Shown here: piece after piece, positions 39,735-50,275 of the stretch
Layout: every line of letters starts with the position of its first letter
Numbering within the stretch: the first letter of the stretch is position 1
Origin: a virus
Virus record (IMG/VR): IMGVR_UViG_3300045988_123629
Length of the DNA: 64,000 nt
Strand: one strand, 5' to 3'
Notes under the pieces: generated by a model
Database searches by the model: none
What the model saw: only the letters and a program-made list of their open reading frames with translations
What the model was told of the DNA's origin: nothing
Program-made: the position numbers and the translations under genes

Positions 39735-41244
39735 TTATATCCTCCTTAAAATACGTAAGCATTAAATTTATACATATAGAACTCGCCATCCATAAGAAGA
39801 AGTTTATCAACCTCTTTCTGATAATCCACTTCTGTTCTCCACCAATCGGGCTTAGGAAGAGGGAGATCGAAGTATTCAATTCGTTGCGTTTCCATAATGT
39901 CTTCTTCGATCGCACCTTCAAGGAAAGCGAGATATAACTCTTCCGCTTCTGCTTCTGAAATATTGGCGAAGGTCCAAGACTTACTGGTCATCTCATCTTC
40001 AATTTTATAACAAGAAATTTCTTTCATAATTATTCTCCTTACATTTCAACCGCATCAACGAAATCAATGAAAACATCATTTGCGACCTCGTTCATCATAT
40101 CGAGGTAAGAAGAAAATCTTCTTGTCCACTCGCCGGTCATCTCACCGTGGTAAAGATACCAATCATAATCAGAATCTTTCTGAATTGTCTCGAACTGACG
40201 CTCCATAAGGCTATCATCGACCATATCTCGACAATACTCCATAAACATTTCCTGCATATCAGCTTCGGACGCATTCAGGAAATAGAAATTATGGTCTCCG
40301 GCCGTATCACAAAGAATACCAATGGAATGAGTTTTAATCTTAGAATTAGAAGTAGTCATAATTTTTATTTCCTTTCTTTACTTTATATATATATTATATA
40401 TTATTTTTTATAAAAAATCAAAAAAGGATTTGCGGTTTACGCAAATCCTTTAAAGATCAGAGAACGGGAACATATTCGTAATAGACAATCATATGTTCAA
40501 GTGCTTTATTATAGATCTGAGCATCGAACTTATGACAGTGGAATTGCTCTTCGACGTTCTTCTCGATAGCAGACATAGTAATTTCAAGCGCATCAGATTC
40601 ACCGAGATTTGTTGCGCAATAAATTTCATCGCGAGACTCATTATAGATGAATAAAACAGGGATACGACTCATATATTATTCCTCCATTAATTGATTTTAC
40701 CCAAAATTTTTGTTATAATATATTTAGAAATTAAAAGATTTCAATCGCGTTTTCAAAAAGATTGAGAAATTCATCAGCCACTTCGGAAGTTGCGAGAAGG
40801 CCGGTAGAAGAACCGCCATACCAATCAATGTAGATACGCGTGAGTGGACTACCGCCTGCTTCCGCAATCTCATCCGCATACTGCTTAGAATCGACCGCAG
40901 AAAAGCTAACGCTATTGATATTATTAGTATTGATAAGATACTTAATACCGCGGAAGTTGTGTAAAATTACAGTCATCTAAATGCCTCCTTAGTATAAGAA
41001 ATTTCTAAGTTGTCTCATAACTGCCATACCATCAGGATCATTGTCCTCGAACTCATATGAATAAAGAGTTTTATTACTCATACAAAAATCAAGTTTTGTT
41101 TCAAAAGTTTCAGTAGAAATACTGTCATTGTCTGAATTATCCTTAGTAGTATGGGAAATAAGGACCGCGATAATTTCATTCGCATTAAGAAAAACGCTGT
41201 CGCCGTTAGACATTTTTAAATAAATCAAATCACCTTTGTTCATT

Positions 41245-41844
41245 TTACTTCTCCACAATATAGTCTTTTGCCACGTCTGTTCCTTCTGGAATATAAAGAT
41301 AAGCTCGCGTTGATTTAGTGCAGACAAAGAACCACTCTCTCCAATCGCCATAACGAGGGAGACGCTTTTCAATGTGCGGAACCTGATTAGAGTAAATAAC
41401 TACTGTGCTATTCACGGGATAATTTTCAGTGCTTGTAATGCCATCAGCACTGAGTGTAAGATAAGTGTAATAAACACTTTCCCCTTCGAATGCGCGGTAA
41501 GTATAGATATTGCCATCATTATCCATACTTGTTAGCTCTTGGGCTTCCGCAATCGTATAATCATACTTAGAATAGTCCTTATTAACAGAAGACATTATAA
41601 CTCCACCAAACATACCCACGGCAAGATAAAGACAAACGCCGATCCAAAAGGCGGGAATAATTTGACGGGGAATGTTAACGCGGTCGCGGTGAGACCAATT
41701 GCGGAAGCGCTTGGCCTTAGGATCGGAAAGAGTGCTGTAATAGCCATAGCTACAATAAGCAGAATGAATGGCGAAAATCAGAAAAATAATTAAGGTCGGT
41801 AGAACAAATCCGCCCACCAGCGTTTTCAAGAAGAAGATAAACAT
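41245..41844 (-). CDS. Membrane protein (3-4 TM helices).
   Basis: ORF from the track. Multiple hydrophobic helices in the N-terminal 100 aa. Confidence 0.4.
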   Translation of the reverse strand: MFIFFLKTLVGGFVLPTLIIFLIFAIHSAYCSYGYYSTLSDPKAKRFRNWSHRDRVNIPRQIIPAFWIGVCLYLAVGMFGGVIMSSVNKDYSKYDYTIAEAQELTSMDNDGNIYTYRAFEGESVYYTYLTLSADGITSTENYPVNSTVVIYSNQVPHIEKRLPRYGDWREWFFVCTKSTRAYLYIPEGTDVAKDYIVEK

Positions 41845-41858
41845 ATTTAAAAACTCCT

Positions 41859-42308
41859 TTAAAGAATAGGTTTGAGGTTATCGCAACAATTGAAATCTCT
41901 CATACAACCATTTTCTTCGCTGAAACAAGAACAACCATTTTGGCATGTGTCTCGGACAATGTCGGGATTACGGACATTCATAACGGTTTGCATATTTCCA
42001 ACGACTTCTCGCTTTTGGATCATTTTCGGCGTGTCGGGAGAAGCATTAAATGCGCAGTTCACATTTTGTTCACAATTAGCGCATGTGTTAAGTTTTGCCC
42101 AACATTTATTACAATAAGTGTTGCCTTGATCGTCGATGATCATTTGCTTATGGAAAATTGGAGTATGACATACTTTACAAGTGTAATATTCACCGCAAAG
42201 AAAATTATCGCAGATCGCATGATTTGGATCAATTGTATTGCCTGTGATTTGACATAATCCGGTTGTTGGCCGGTAATAACCGCAGTTATTACAATAAAAA
42301 GTCATCAT
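41859..42308 (-). CDS. Cys-rich putative zinc-binding protein (149 aa, about 22 Cys).
   Basis: ORF from the track. Motifs CNNCGYY...C, CKVCH, CNKCW, CANCEQNVNC and CQNGCSC. Confidence 0.4.
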   Translation of the reverse strand: MMTFYCNNCGYYRPTTGLCQITGNTIDPNHAICDNFLCGEYYTCKVCHTPIFHKQMIIDDQGNTYCNKCWAKLNTCANCEQNVNCAFNASPDTPKMIQKREVVGNMQTVMNVRNPDIVRDTCQNGCSCFSEENGCMRDFNCCDNLKPIL

Positions 42309-43319
42309 AGTGTTTTAGCAGAATAGGGTTCATCTTCGCTGTCAAATTTTAGAATCTTGTTAGCAAGATCGCGGTTGACGCGCAAAGGGCCATCGTCAAG
42401 AGGGGTAAATGCGACAGTAATAAGATCGTCGAAATACTCTTCTGCCCAACGACCAGCCTCAGTGAGAGTTTCCGCGAAGATAAAACCGCACGTAAATCTA
42501 TCCATTTTATCAGAGTCGTCCCAATAACGTGCTTCATAATAAACGGGGCATTGTTTCATATTTATTTTCCTTTCTTTAAGAAATTGTGGAGATTAGAAAA
42601 ATCTCGGGATCATCAAGGCTTTCGATGGGGATTTTAAGAAACTTTGCGTAAGCTTCTTTCATCGTGTTATTAAGGCGATAATACTCCTGCGGAGCGATGA
42701 AGATATTGTCAATGCGGACGGCTTCACCTGCGGAAGACTCACCGAGAAGATAGCCGAAGATAGGATTCTCGTCGTTATCATAATCGCTTGCGCGATGCCA
42801 ATAACCTTCTTCGGTAAGTTGTTCGATAGCCTCAGCCATATTATCATAGTTTTCAAGAAGGTTCTTGGGGACTTTATAACCACATACGAGCTTAGAACCA
42901 AAATCAACAGACATATTACTTATCCTCCTTAAAAATAGAATTGATAAAAGTGCTATATTCAGTGGGTCTTACATAATACGCGGTTTTCGCTTCATTATCC
43001 CAAAAAATCATCACAAGTTTATCCGACCCAGAATTCTTTACGGAAATTGAATGAATATGAGTCGTATTAAGGATATGAGTTTGACCTTGATTATCAATAA
43101 GTTTAGCAAGCATTTTTTATCACCTTTAATAGTTTTTCTTTATTTTATATTTATATTATATATTAAAATTTAATAAAAATCAATAAAGAATAAGCGATTG
43201 GACAAAAATGTTAAATGTAATTAAATGTTAAAAAATTGTGTTAAAATTTTAGACATCTATGTGTAGGTATTAGAGATCGCTATGCTTAGGATAGAAGGAA
43301 CATTAGACGGGAAAACCGC

Positions 43320-43480
43320 GTCTTTTTACCAAAAATGGTCATTTCAAATGAAAATGGTCAAAATTTTCTATATGTTGGTCAAAAATTTCTATAAAAATGG
43401 TCAAAAATTTCTATATTTTTGGTTAAAAAATGGTAGATAAATGGTCAAAAATTTCTATATTTTTGGTTGTATTTTTTAGG
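43320..43480. repeat. Iteron array. At least 5 direct copies of about 20 bp (AATGGTCAAAAATTTCTATA-like) upstream of the plus-strand winged-helix gene.
   Basis: Seen by eye. Copies of aaatggtcaaaa(a)tttctata begin at about 43339, 43365, 43385, 43408 and 43440. Confidence 0.6.
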
Positions 43481-43652
43481 TCAGGAACAAATAATAGATT
43501 ATAAATAATTTTTAAATAATAGTGAGAGGAGGTGTGTTATGGAGATAAAGAAAAATTCTCGATAGATTCCCTCTGTTCCGACTATTACACGAGAAAAAGA
43601 TTATTGTGATTTATTATATGCTTGGTTGTAGTGTCATTCAGAGAGAATTACT

Positions 43653-43913
43653 ATGGATAGTGAAGGTCGTCGAATTAATAAGTCATTAGTTAAATGGACG
43701 GCCATAGAAAAAGACTTTGTTAGAACATTGTCAGATGGCACAACTGAAAAAGTTATGTCAAGAAAAACTATTGCGAAATATTTCAAATATTTAGAAGATA
43801 AAGGTTTAATTCAATTACAAGATGATGGTTATTATTATTTGACTATATTAGATGCTACAGAAGCTAATTTAATTGAATATAATACTTTATCTAAATTAAT
43901 AAATGTTTTATAG
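43653..43913 (+). CDS. Small winged-helix DNA-binding protein on the plus strand. It is flanked by iteron arrays. Candidate replication initiator or transcription-switch regulator.
   Basis: 86-aa ORF on the strand opposite to nearly all other genes. Helix-turn-helix-like core KTIAKYFKYLEDKGLI. Confidence 0.45.
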   Translation: MDSEGRRINKSLVKWTAIEKDFVRTLSDGTTEKVMSRKTIAKYFKYLEDKGLIQLQDDGYYYLTILDATEANLIEYNTLSKLINVL

Positions 43914-44154
43914 AAAAATAGTTTGAGTATTTATGTTTATTTGTTTAATAGATATTACGCCAATGGTTTTTAGCCATTTATTGCTACTATTAAATAGATA
44001 AAAGAATTTATTGGTATTGCCACTACCACAACATCTAATAATATTATTGTAGATGATACAATTGATATTTTAAAAAGATTAGGATTATTAGATTATAGAA
44101 TTAAAACTGAAGATAATAAAAGTTATTTAGAGTTTTAGTGGGTAAAGAACGCGT

Positions 44155-44235
44155 TAGAATAAAAATGGTCAAAATTTTCTGACGGAGTGGTCAAAATTTT
44201 CTGATAAATGGTCAAAATTTTCTACATTTTGGTCG
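44155..44235. repeat. Second iteron cluster. Three to four copies of (AA)TGGTCAAAATTTTCT.
   Basis: Copies aaaaatggtcaaaattttctga, gtggtcaaaattttctga and aaatggtcaaaattttcta, then ttttggtcg. Confidence 0.55.
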
Positions 44236-44283
44236 TTTTTTAGAAACCATATAAATAGTAATAGTAATAGTTTTTAAAATAGA

Positions 44284-44336
44284 GGGTATATATTTATAAA
44301 ACTCCGGGCTACGCCCTTCGTTTTATAAATATATAC
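44284..44336. repeat. Perfect 18-bp-stem palindrome (GGTATATATTTATAAAAC...GTTTTATAAATATATACC) with a 17-nt GC-rich loop.
   Basis: Direct reading. Both arms are exactly reverse-complementary. It is followed by a micro-ORF with an AAAGGAG RBS. Confidence 0.6.
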
Positions 44337-44629
44337 CGGGGTATTTTTTGAGAGTAAAAGGAGTAAAATATGAGTTATAGTTATACAGATATAAGAGGCG
44401 GGAAAGGCAATCCTTCAATAATAAGATTTGTAAGAGGAACGCAAGAATAGTTTGATAAGATGGATAAAACAAATATGATAAAACCTGAATTATATATGAG
44501 AGATGATATTCTTTATTTTGTTATTCCAAGTAATACAAAACCAGTAAAAGTAGCATTTGACAATGATAGACCTGAATCAATAGAAGAAAATCCATTCTTA
44601 CAAGAGTCAATTGACTTTTGACTCGGATA

Positions 44630-44790
44630 CTACGTATCCTCGTTGATAAGGGTATTATTGACTTCGGGCATAAATGCCCTCGTTTATAGGGGTATTATTG
44701 ACTTCGGGCATAAATGCCCTCGTTTATAGGGGTATTATTGACTTCGGGCATAAATGCCCTCGTTTATAGGGGTATTATTTGATTTATAAT
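44630..44790. repeat. Tandem direct repeats of about 41 bp, about 3.7 copies. Each contains the palindrome GGGCATAAATGCCC.
   Basis: The unit cgtttataggggtattattgacttcgggcataaatgccct is repeated head to tail. No unique spacers. Confidence 0.65.
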
Positions 44791-44934
44791 AAATAATATA
44801 TTATAATATATATAATAAAAGAAAAAATGAAATGAAAATAATACCCCGTAGGCAGGGAGGATCGTAGATCCGAGTCGCCTGCCGGCGTGGCGAACGCAAT
44901 TTCAAATGAAAAAACGAAAAGGAAAAATGAAATG

Positions 44935-45303
44935 AAATTTACGATTGAAGAATTAAAGAAGAATAATGGAGAAAAGGTAGGCGTCTTCCGCAATTGGAAT
45001 GTAATTGCTACTACTAAGAAAGAGTTCTTTAATAGAGAGAATACGCAAGGCGCATATCTTATTTGGGACGATTGTAATAAGTTGGTTTTTAATGGTAAGG
45101 TTCTTGGTCGAATTAGTGAGCAAGGTAAGGTGGAATATATTGAGAGTGAGTATAGATATGTGAAGCCTGTATTAGAAGAGAAACCGCAGGCTACTAATTC
45201 TGTTGCTCCTGGATCTGAGGATGTGGATCTCAGTAAGAGAACGCTTGCTGATGATATTCTTGATAGTGCATTTAAAACAAAGTTGGAGGAGTTGCTTGTA
45301 TGA
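44935..45303 (+). CDS. Hypothetical protein on the plus strand (about 122 aa).
   Basis: ORF 44887-45303 from the track. The internal start at MKFTIEELKK is preferred. No motif. Confidence 0.35.
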   Translation, partial: KFTIEELKKNNGEKVGVFRNWNVIATTKKEFFNRENTQGAYLIWDDCNKLVFNGKVLGRISEQGKVEYIESEYRYVKPVLEEKPQATNSVAPGSEDVDLSKRTLADDILDSAFKTKLEELLV

Positions 45304-45716
45304 GTGGTATTATTTGGTTTTTAATTGGTGTAGCTGTTGGATATTGCATATGGAACGCTGGAAGAGACCGATAATAGACCTATATTGGTTGATTCGCTTC
45401 TGGATAGTGATTAAGTTTTTAGGTTCAGAATCGGATGACGTAGAGTAAAGTGCGGTTGAGTGGAATAATTGATCGGAAATATAGAAATTATTATGAATTG
45501 CTGAAATTTGCGAAAATGCTGGAATGCTGAAATGCTGAAAATTGCGGTCGTGTGGTACCGATCGGTTTAACCAATCACCAACCACATTTTCCCCGTCTCC
45601 GATCTCCGAACCTAAAAAAAAGAGAGACTTTTTTTAGTCTCTCTTTTTTCATATTAGGCAATTCTTGGTGAAATTGTCGATTCTTAGGATGAAAAATATC
45701 TCACCCGACACATTGT

Positions 45717-46094
45717 TCACTTATTGATGAAAGTATTCAAAAAATCGGCAATTACATCATCATCAGTTCTCTTGACCTTCTTAACCTTTACTTTTTCACT
45801 CTTGGGAAAAAGCACGTCAAGAAGATCGTTAACCCCGGTCATAAGACCGTAAACCTCAGCAAAGATGTTCTCCACATCGGACGCGGTCAACGCGGAATCC
45901 TTGTAGCCATTAAGAGCGGCATACTCGTTAATCCGATCGGCGATTTCCTGCGCGAGCGCGGTCTTCCGATCGGCCTGCTTGGTTTCCTTCTCCACCTGCT
46001 TAACCGCATCGTTCAGAGACTTAGCCATTTCGTCCGCAATAGCCTGAGCGTCCTCACCATTTTTCAGACGAGCAATAATATCATTCATATCCAT
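45717..46094 (-). CDS. Hypothetical protein (125 aa, helical, acidic).
   Basis: AAGAGG RBS followed by ATG (MDMNDIIARL...). The promoter is TTGACA-N17-TATAAT at about 46125-46153. The track ORF extends spuriously upstream. Confidence 0.45.
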   Translation of the reverse strand: MDMNDIIARLKNGEDAQAIADEMAKSLNDAVKQVEKETKQADRKTALAQEIADRINEYAALNGYKDSALTASDVENIFAEVYGLMTGVNDLLDVLFPKSEKVKVKKVKRTDDDVIADFLNTFINK

Positions 46095-46610
46095 ATGAAT
46101 ACCTCTTTTCTTATTTTCTATATATATTATATACTTTTTTTTTAAAAATGTCAAGATTTTTTTAAATGAAAACATACGTGTGAAACAATGTAAGGGCGAA
46201 GCAATTTTTAATTAATCATAAAGGCATATGATCCTACGCGGGCTTAAAAAAGTCTTTTTTTATTATTATAACATATTTTTTATAAAAAGTCAATTTTCGG
46301 GATTTTTTTGGGCCATATGGAGAGGTGCTAGAAGTATGAGAAATTTTGCATATGGGTATACCGATCGGAAACTCGGCCCGGCACGTTCCACCGCGGGCCG
46401 GCCAAATAAACTGAGCATTCCGGGATTTTAGTCTGAGTCTATTTTAGACGCTTTTTTCGCGCAAAATTTGCTAAACCTATAATTATTTCGAAATTCCGCC
46501 CGGAGCGTCAGTGATCGGGCGGTCCATTATACCACATTTTCCGATCGGTGTCAATAGGCAAAATACACAAAAAAAATCAGCAGGTTTTAGCCAACCTGCT
46601 GATTGAATAT

Positions 46611-47027
46611 TTATGCAAGAAATGCGCTTACAATTTCATCGAAAACCGTGGGGTTAATGTCCACGTTAAAAAAGCGGTCATTCTTGCGGAACGCTTTGGG
46701 GTATCGTCTAATCAGTTCCGCACGCAACGCGCTTTCCGCACCCTCGGCGGGATAGTCCCCGCAAGAACGGATTCGATGAACTTCAACGCGCGTGATAGAA
46801 TACTTTTTCGAGTATTCGCCGATTTCATCACGCAAGCGCCCTACAACGTCTTTTGCGGACGTGCCTACCTTGTTAAATTCAAGTTTGTTGTTGTTGTAAA
46901 ACTTGAAAAAGTAGACCGCTTGAACGTCTTTCAGATTCTCGCCACAATTAGGCATAAACTCCATTGAAACGGGTGGTCTACCGTCCTTAAATCGGCGTAG
47001 CTTAATAGTAATTTCTTCCATCGGCAC
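46611..47027 (-). CDS. Hypothetical protein (138 aa).
   Basis: AGAGAGGA RBS. A 28-nt hairpin element (47051-47078) lies in the 5' leader. This element is duplicated at 50161-50188. Confidence 0.4.
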   Translation of the reverse strand: MPMEEITIKLRRFKDGRPPVSMEFMPNCGENLKDVQAVYFFKFYNNNKLEFNKVGTSAKDVVGRLRDEIGEYSKKYSITRVEVHRIRSCGDYPAEGAESALRAELIRRYPKAFRKNDRFFNVDINPTVFDEIVSAFLA

Positions 47028-47144
47028 AAAATCCTCTCTATTGATTGAGGTTTACCATCGTTCTCTCAACCATTATTTTTTACCCTTTTTTGCTTGTTTT
47101 TGGGTGAAAAACCGCATTTTTCAGCGGTTTTTCACCCTTTTTCG

Positions 47145-47552
47145 TCAGTTTTTGGGCTTTCGCTTTTGAATCAGGGTCAATTCATAGTCATTTTCGCCCA
47201 CATGGAACGCAATCATGCGCTCGACATTCGTAATTTCTACATTTTCGCACGCATTTTCGCTGTTTTCACGCAAAAAAGTCGCAAGTTCAGCGATAATCGA
47301 GCGTTTTGTGGGGTTTTCCTTGCGCTGTCGCTTCTCAAACTTATAAGCGGTCGGCGCTTTGCGTGTTCCGGTCTTAGAATACTTGTTAGCTTCTTTCAGC
47401 TTTTCCGCGGACAGGTCAAAGTCCTTGGCGATTCCATGGTCAATGTCATCATCGTCCATGAGAATTTCTTTTGCTTCCTCGGCAGTACAATCCAACTTTT
47501 TCATCAGATTATCAATCTTTGCCTGAAAGTCCTTTTCACTCATTTTAGGCAT
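47145..47552 (-). CDS. Hypothetical protein (135 aa), charged.
   Basis: ORF from the track. It is followed by a strong terminator hairpin GGGTGAAAAACCGC...GCGGTTTTTCACCC at about 47100-47140. Confidence 0.4.
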   Translation of the reverse strand: MPKMSEKDFQAKIDNLMKKLDCTAEEAKEILMDDDDIDHGIAKDFDLSAEKLKEANKYSKTGTRKAPTAYKFEKRQRKENPTKRSIIAELATFLRENSENACENVEITNVERMIAFHVGENDYELTLIQKRKPKN

Positions 47553-47652
47553 TTCTTTTGCCCCCTTTCAAGTATGATTATAACACCGCCGTCAGCAAAT
47601 GTCAAGAGAAATTTTTGGGAGCGCCTAATTTTTTTTAGGCGCTCCCCCTGAA

Positions 47653-48030
47653 TCAGTGAGCGAGACGGAAGTAGGACTTGCGCTTGTCCACAATCTTCTC
47701 GACGCCGTTCGCTTCAATCATCTGACGCAGAAGAGCGGAAACGCGCTGGTTGGTGAGGTCGCCCAGACCGTCCACGTTCTTGATGAGGTCGGTCACGGTG
47801 TACAGCTTGTCAGGATTCGCGGACAGCTCAGCGAAGATAATGTCCTTGTAGCCGTCGTTGGCAATCTGATTCGCGGTCGGCTTCTTATCTCCCGAGTTCT
47901 TACGAGCCAACAGGTCAATCTCGTGATTGATAAACTCAACCATAGCGGGGTCAGCCTGAACCTCGCTCATTTTGAGCAGAGCCTCGAAACGGTCGCGCTT
48001 GGTGAGCTTCTTAACAGTAGAAGTAGACAT
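47653..48030 (-). CDS. Winged-helix-like protein. Paralogue of 50276-50650 (about 75 percent identical).
   Basis: AAAGGAA RBS followed by ATG (MSTSTVKKLTKRDRFEALLKMSEVQ...). The promoter is TTGACA-N17-TATACT at about 48066-48100. Confidence 0.5.
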   Translation of the reverse strand: MSTSTVKKLTKRDRFEALLKMSEVQADPAMVEFINHEIDLLARKNSGDKKPTANQIANDGYKDIIFAELSANPDKLYTVTDLIKNVDGLGDLTNQRVSALLRQMIEANGVEKIVDKRKSYFRLAH

Positions 48031-48758
48031 AGTATCAATTCCTTTCTTTGGCGGTAGGTCGCTACCCTTTTGATATATTGAGTATACCACATTTTAGAGT
48101 GCTTGTCAAGAGGTTTCACAAACTTTTCACACGAATTACTACCCCGACCTGACGGATAATTTATTGTTTGTTGATTCAATCTATTTGTCAGCGGAAAACC
48201 GCGTCAAGGATAGTTGGTTCAATCAAACTCACTTTCGCGTTCAACGTTTGGCTTTACAACGTGGTGTATTATGTTTTCTTCCTGTACTTTCTCAAGGTCG
48301 CGCGCCCTCGGATTTCTTGGGCTACTCCCTCTTGACATTTTCTATTGTAGCACACTCGCTGGGATTTGTCAAGAGGTTTTCAAGAAAAAACTCATGAATT
48401 TTTTCTTTTATCCCGTGCGTTCCGCTCCGAAGAGACCTTAACGTAATAGGTGAACGGTCTATTGCTACTTCCAACCGTAGCCCCACACCGACCTGTGGCT
48501 CAGGGGTTCCCCTCTTGACATTATCTATTATAACAGATTGCCCACGGATTACAATTGACAAAATAACCAAATTACGGGAAAAAATTTTCTTTACTTTTGT
48601 GCAACTTTTCTCTTGACAAAATTGGCGGGGCGTGGTATAATGGTGAATTCGGCCCGCTTTGGGCGTTGGCGGGCCGGCCATTTTATCATAAAAGTTCTTG
48701 TTTGTCAATAGACAAAATAGACAAAAAAAACTACCCATTTTTGGGCAGTTTTTTTATT

Positions 48759-49004
48759 TTAGTCCAGCAGGTTAATCTCACCGGGAATTTTGAAAGAATC
48801 AGCGTCCAGTGTGGAATTGTAGTCCTCGGTAAAAAGGTCAATCATTCCACATTCCATGATGTAATTCTGCACCGCCCGCTGAACATTTCTCCAAAGGTCA
48901 ATCTTTCGGCTTTCCTCGCGGGCTTTTCTGGCTTCCTGTATCTGGATAATGAGTTCGTTCAGTTCCTCGTCGGTCATGTAATTCAAATCTAAATCCATTT
49001 TCAA
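48759..49004 (-). CDS. Hypothetical protein (81 aa).
   Basis: ORF from the track. A bidirectional terminator lies downstream at about 48722-48760. Confidence 0.35.
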   Translation of the reverse strand: MKMDLDLNYMTDEELNELIIQIQEARKAREESRKIDLWRNVQRAVQNYIMECGMIDLFTEDYNSTLDADSFKIPGEINLLD

Positions 49005-49288
49005 AACTCCCCTTTAATTGCTTCTTTCCATGCGTCCCAGCCGAATTTTTCCTCGCGGTCTAACTTCTTGCCAATGTCTTTTGCGGTCAGTAGGTCAAGC
49101 TCGTCCGCAATCTCATCTTCAAAGTTTACCCAAGAGTCGTAGGTCTGAATAATGAAAACTTCATCGGCTTCAAAGACGCCACCGCACTCGGCGCAGATAA
49201 TATAGTCATGGTCGATTAAAATGCCCATGTGAGGGTCATTGTCATCAGGGACTACAAAAAGGACTTGTTTAGCGTTCATGTGAAACAC
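49001..49288 (-). CDS. Hypothetical protein (95 aa).
   Basis: GAAAGAGG RBS. The promoter has rc TATAAT at 49309-49314 and rc TTGACA at 49332-49337, with an exact 17-nt spacer. Confidence 0.45.
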   Translation of the reverse strand: MFHMNAKQVLFVVPDDNDPHMGILIDHDYIICAECGGVFEADEVFIIQTYDSWVNFEDEIADELDLLTAKDIGKKLDREEKFGWDAWKEAIKGEF

Positions 49289-49304
49289 CTCTTTCGTTTG
49301 ATGT

Positions 49305-49340
49305 ATTGATTATACCATAGGGAATAGGACTTGTCAAGCC
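49305..49340 (-). promoter_or_regulatory. Representative early promoter of the GC-block class. TTGACA, a 17-nt spacer, then the extended -10 TGGTATAAT. The -35 box is embedded in the terminator hairpin of the upstream gene.
   Basis: Minus-strand reading GGGCTTGACAAGTCCTATTCCCTATGGTATAATCAATACATCAAACGAAAGAGGTG, then ATG. Hairpin GGGCTTGACAAG...CCC. More than 25 instances of this class lie between 45.7 and 63.0 kb (for example 51959-51987, 54087-54115, 56640-56680, 58160-58200, 61295-61335). Confidence 0.7.
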
Positions 49341-49356
49341 CTATTCCCTATTTTTT

Positions 49357-50133
49357 TTAGCTCATGTTTACAACGGGATTTTCCTTAATGTTTCGCATGA
49401 GCGCGCGCTGAAACTCGGTAGGCTTGGGGCGTTCCGCCGTGGGAGTTTTGAAAAGGGACTTTTCCATGGTCTTATGCTGTCGGACGCAATAGCGCAGAAT
49501 CTCAACTTCAATGAGAACATCTTCAAGTCCCGTGTGGGATTCATCAAAGCTGTCCTCACCGCTGATAAAGCGATAAAGAATTTCTGCGGTAAAGCGGAGC
49601 TGTCCGTTCTTGGTCTTGTAGCCGTTCTTTTCGCAATAGTCGCGGTAAGTGGGCATTTTGCCGATAACCTGTCGCGCCATTTTCAACGTGTCCCAAATTT
49701 CGAGGTCGTAGGGAAAGAAATAGCGATACTTGCTTTTCGTGTCCCATCTTTGCGCGTTGTTGCAGGCGTTAAGGTCGAACCGCATATTATGAGCACAGAC
49801 AAAAGAGCAGTTGTAGCGCTCGACACATTCGCAGAACGCAAGACGAATTTCGTAAAGGTCAGCCATAATGCGCGAACCGTTCTTAATGTCCTCAATGTAG
49901 CGGGGAATCTTGTCGGCGTAGTATGCGGACTGCATGAGGTCGCGTTCGTAGCAGAAAATGTCGCGATTCACAAAGGAATGAGTTTCATAAACATTTCCCT
50001 TGGAATCAATGACCGCCCAGCCGAAGTCATAGGGAAGCACATTTGACATATCCAGCTTATCGCCGTCCTGAATGGTGTTTGCGGTTTCCGTGTCCAGCAT
50101 AATGCCGTAGTTTTTGCGCCTATCAATACCCAT
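49357..50133 (-). CDS. DnaQ-like 3'-5' exonuclease (DEDDh family).
   Basis: Exo I MLDTETAN, Exo II CAHNMRFDLNAC and Exo III HTGLEDV(L) are in order. The RBS is AGGAGACG. The duplicated 28-nt hairpin element lies in the leader at 50161-50188. Confidence 0.7.
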   Translation of the reverse strand: MGIDRRKNYGIMLDTETANTIQDGDKLDMSNVLPYDFGWAVIDSKGNVYETHSFVNRDIFCYERDLMQSAYYADKIPRYIEDIKNGSRIMADLYEIRLAFCECVERYNCSFVCAHNMRFDLNACNNAQRWDTKSKYRYFFPYDLEIWDTLKMARQVIGKMPTYRDYCEKNGYKTKNGQLRFTAEILYRFISGEDSFDESHTGLEDVLIEVEILRYCVRQHKTMEKSLFKTPTAERPKPTEFQRALMRNIKENPVVNMS

Positions 50134-50275
50134 CTTATCGTCTCCTATTGGAAAAGTAGATTGAGGTTTACCATCGTTCTCTCAACCTCTGATAATAGTA
50201 TAGCACTTTGCTATTGGTTTGTCAACAGTTTTTTTTGTAGGGCAGGGGATTTTTTTATCCCCTGCCCTTTTCCCT

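Noticed and set aside
40989-41372. ORF 40989-41372 (127 aa), which overlaps 41245-41844 by 128 nt.
   Set aside because: The upstream part of this ORF lies inside the membrane-protein gene. A shorter gene starting near MNKGDLIYL (about 41243) is more plausible. The long form is probably an ORF-finder extension.
44630-44790. Possible CRISPR array, because of a regularly repeated 41-bp unit with an internal palindrome.
   Set aside because: The units are directly adjacent with no unique spacers between them, and the last copy is truncated. It is a plain tandem repeat.
47094-47651. Long plus-strand ORFs antisense to well-supported minus-strand genes (47094-47651, 49474-50046, 50219-50713, 51948-52556, 34533-35246, 29132-29683).
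   Set aside because: All sit opposite genes that have strong promoters, RBSs and recognisable domains. They are GC-driven open frames in the GC-richer block, with no translation signals.
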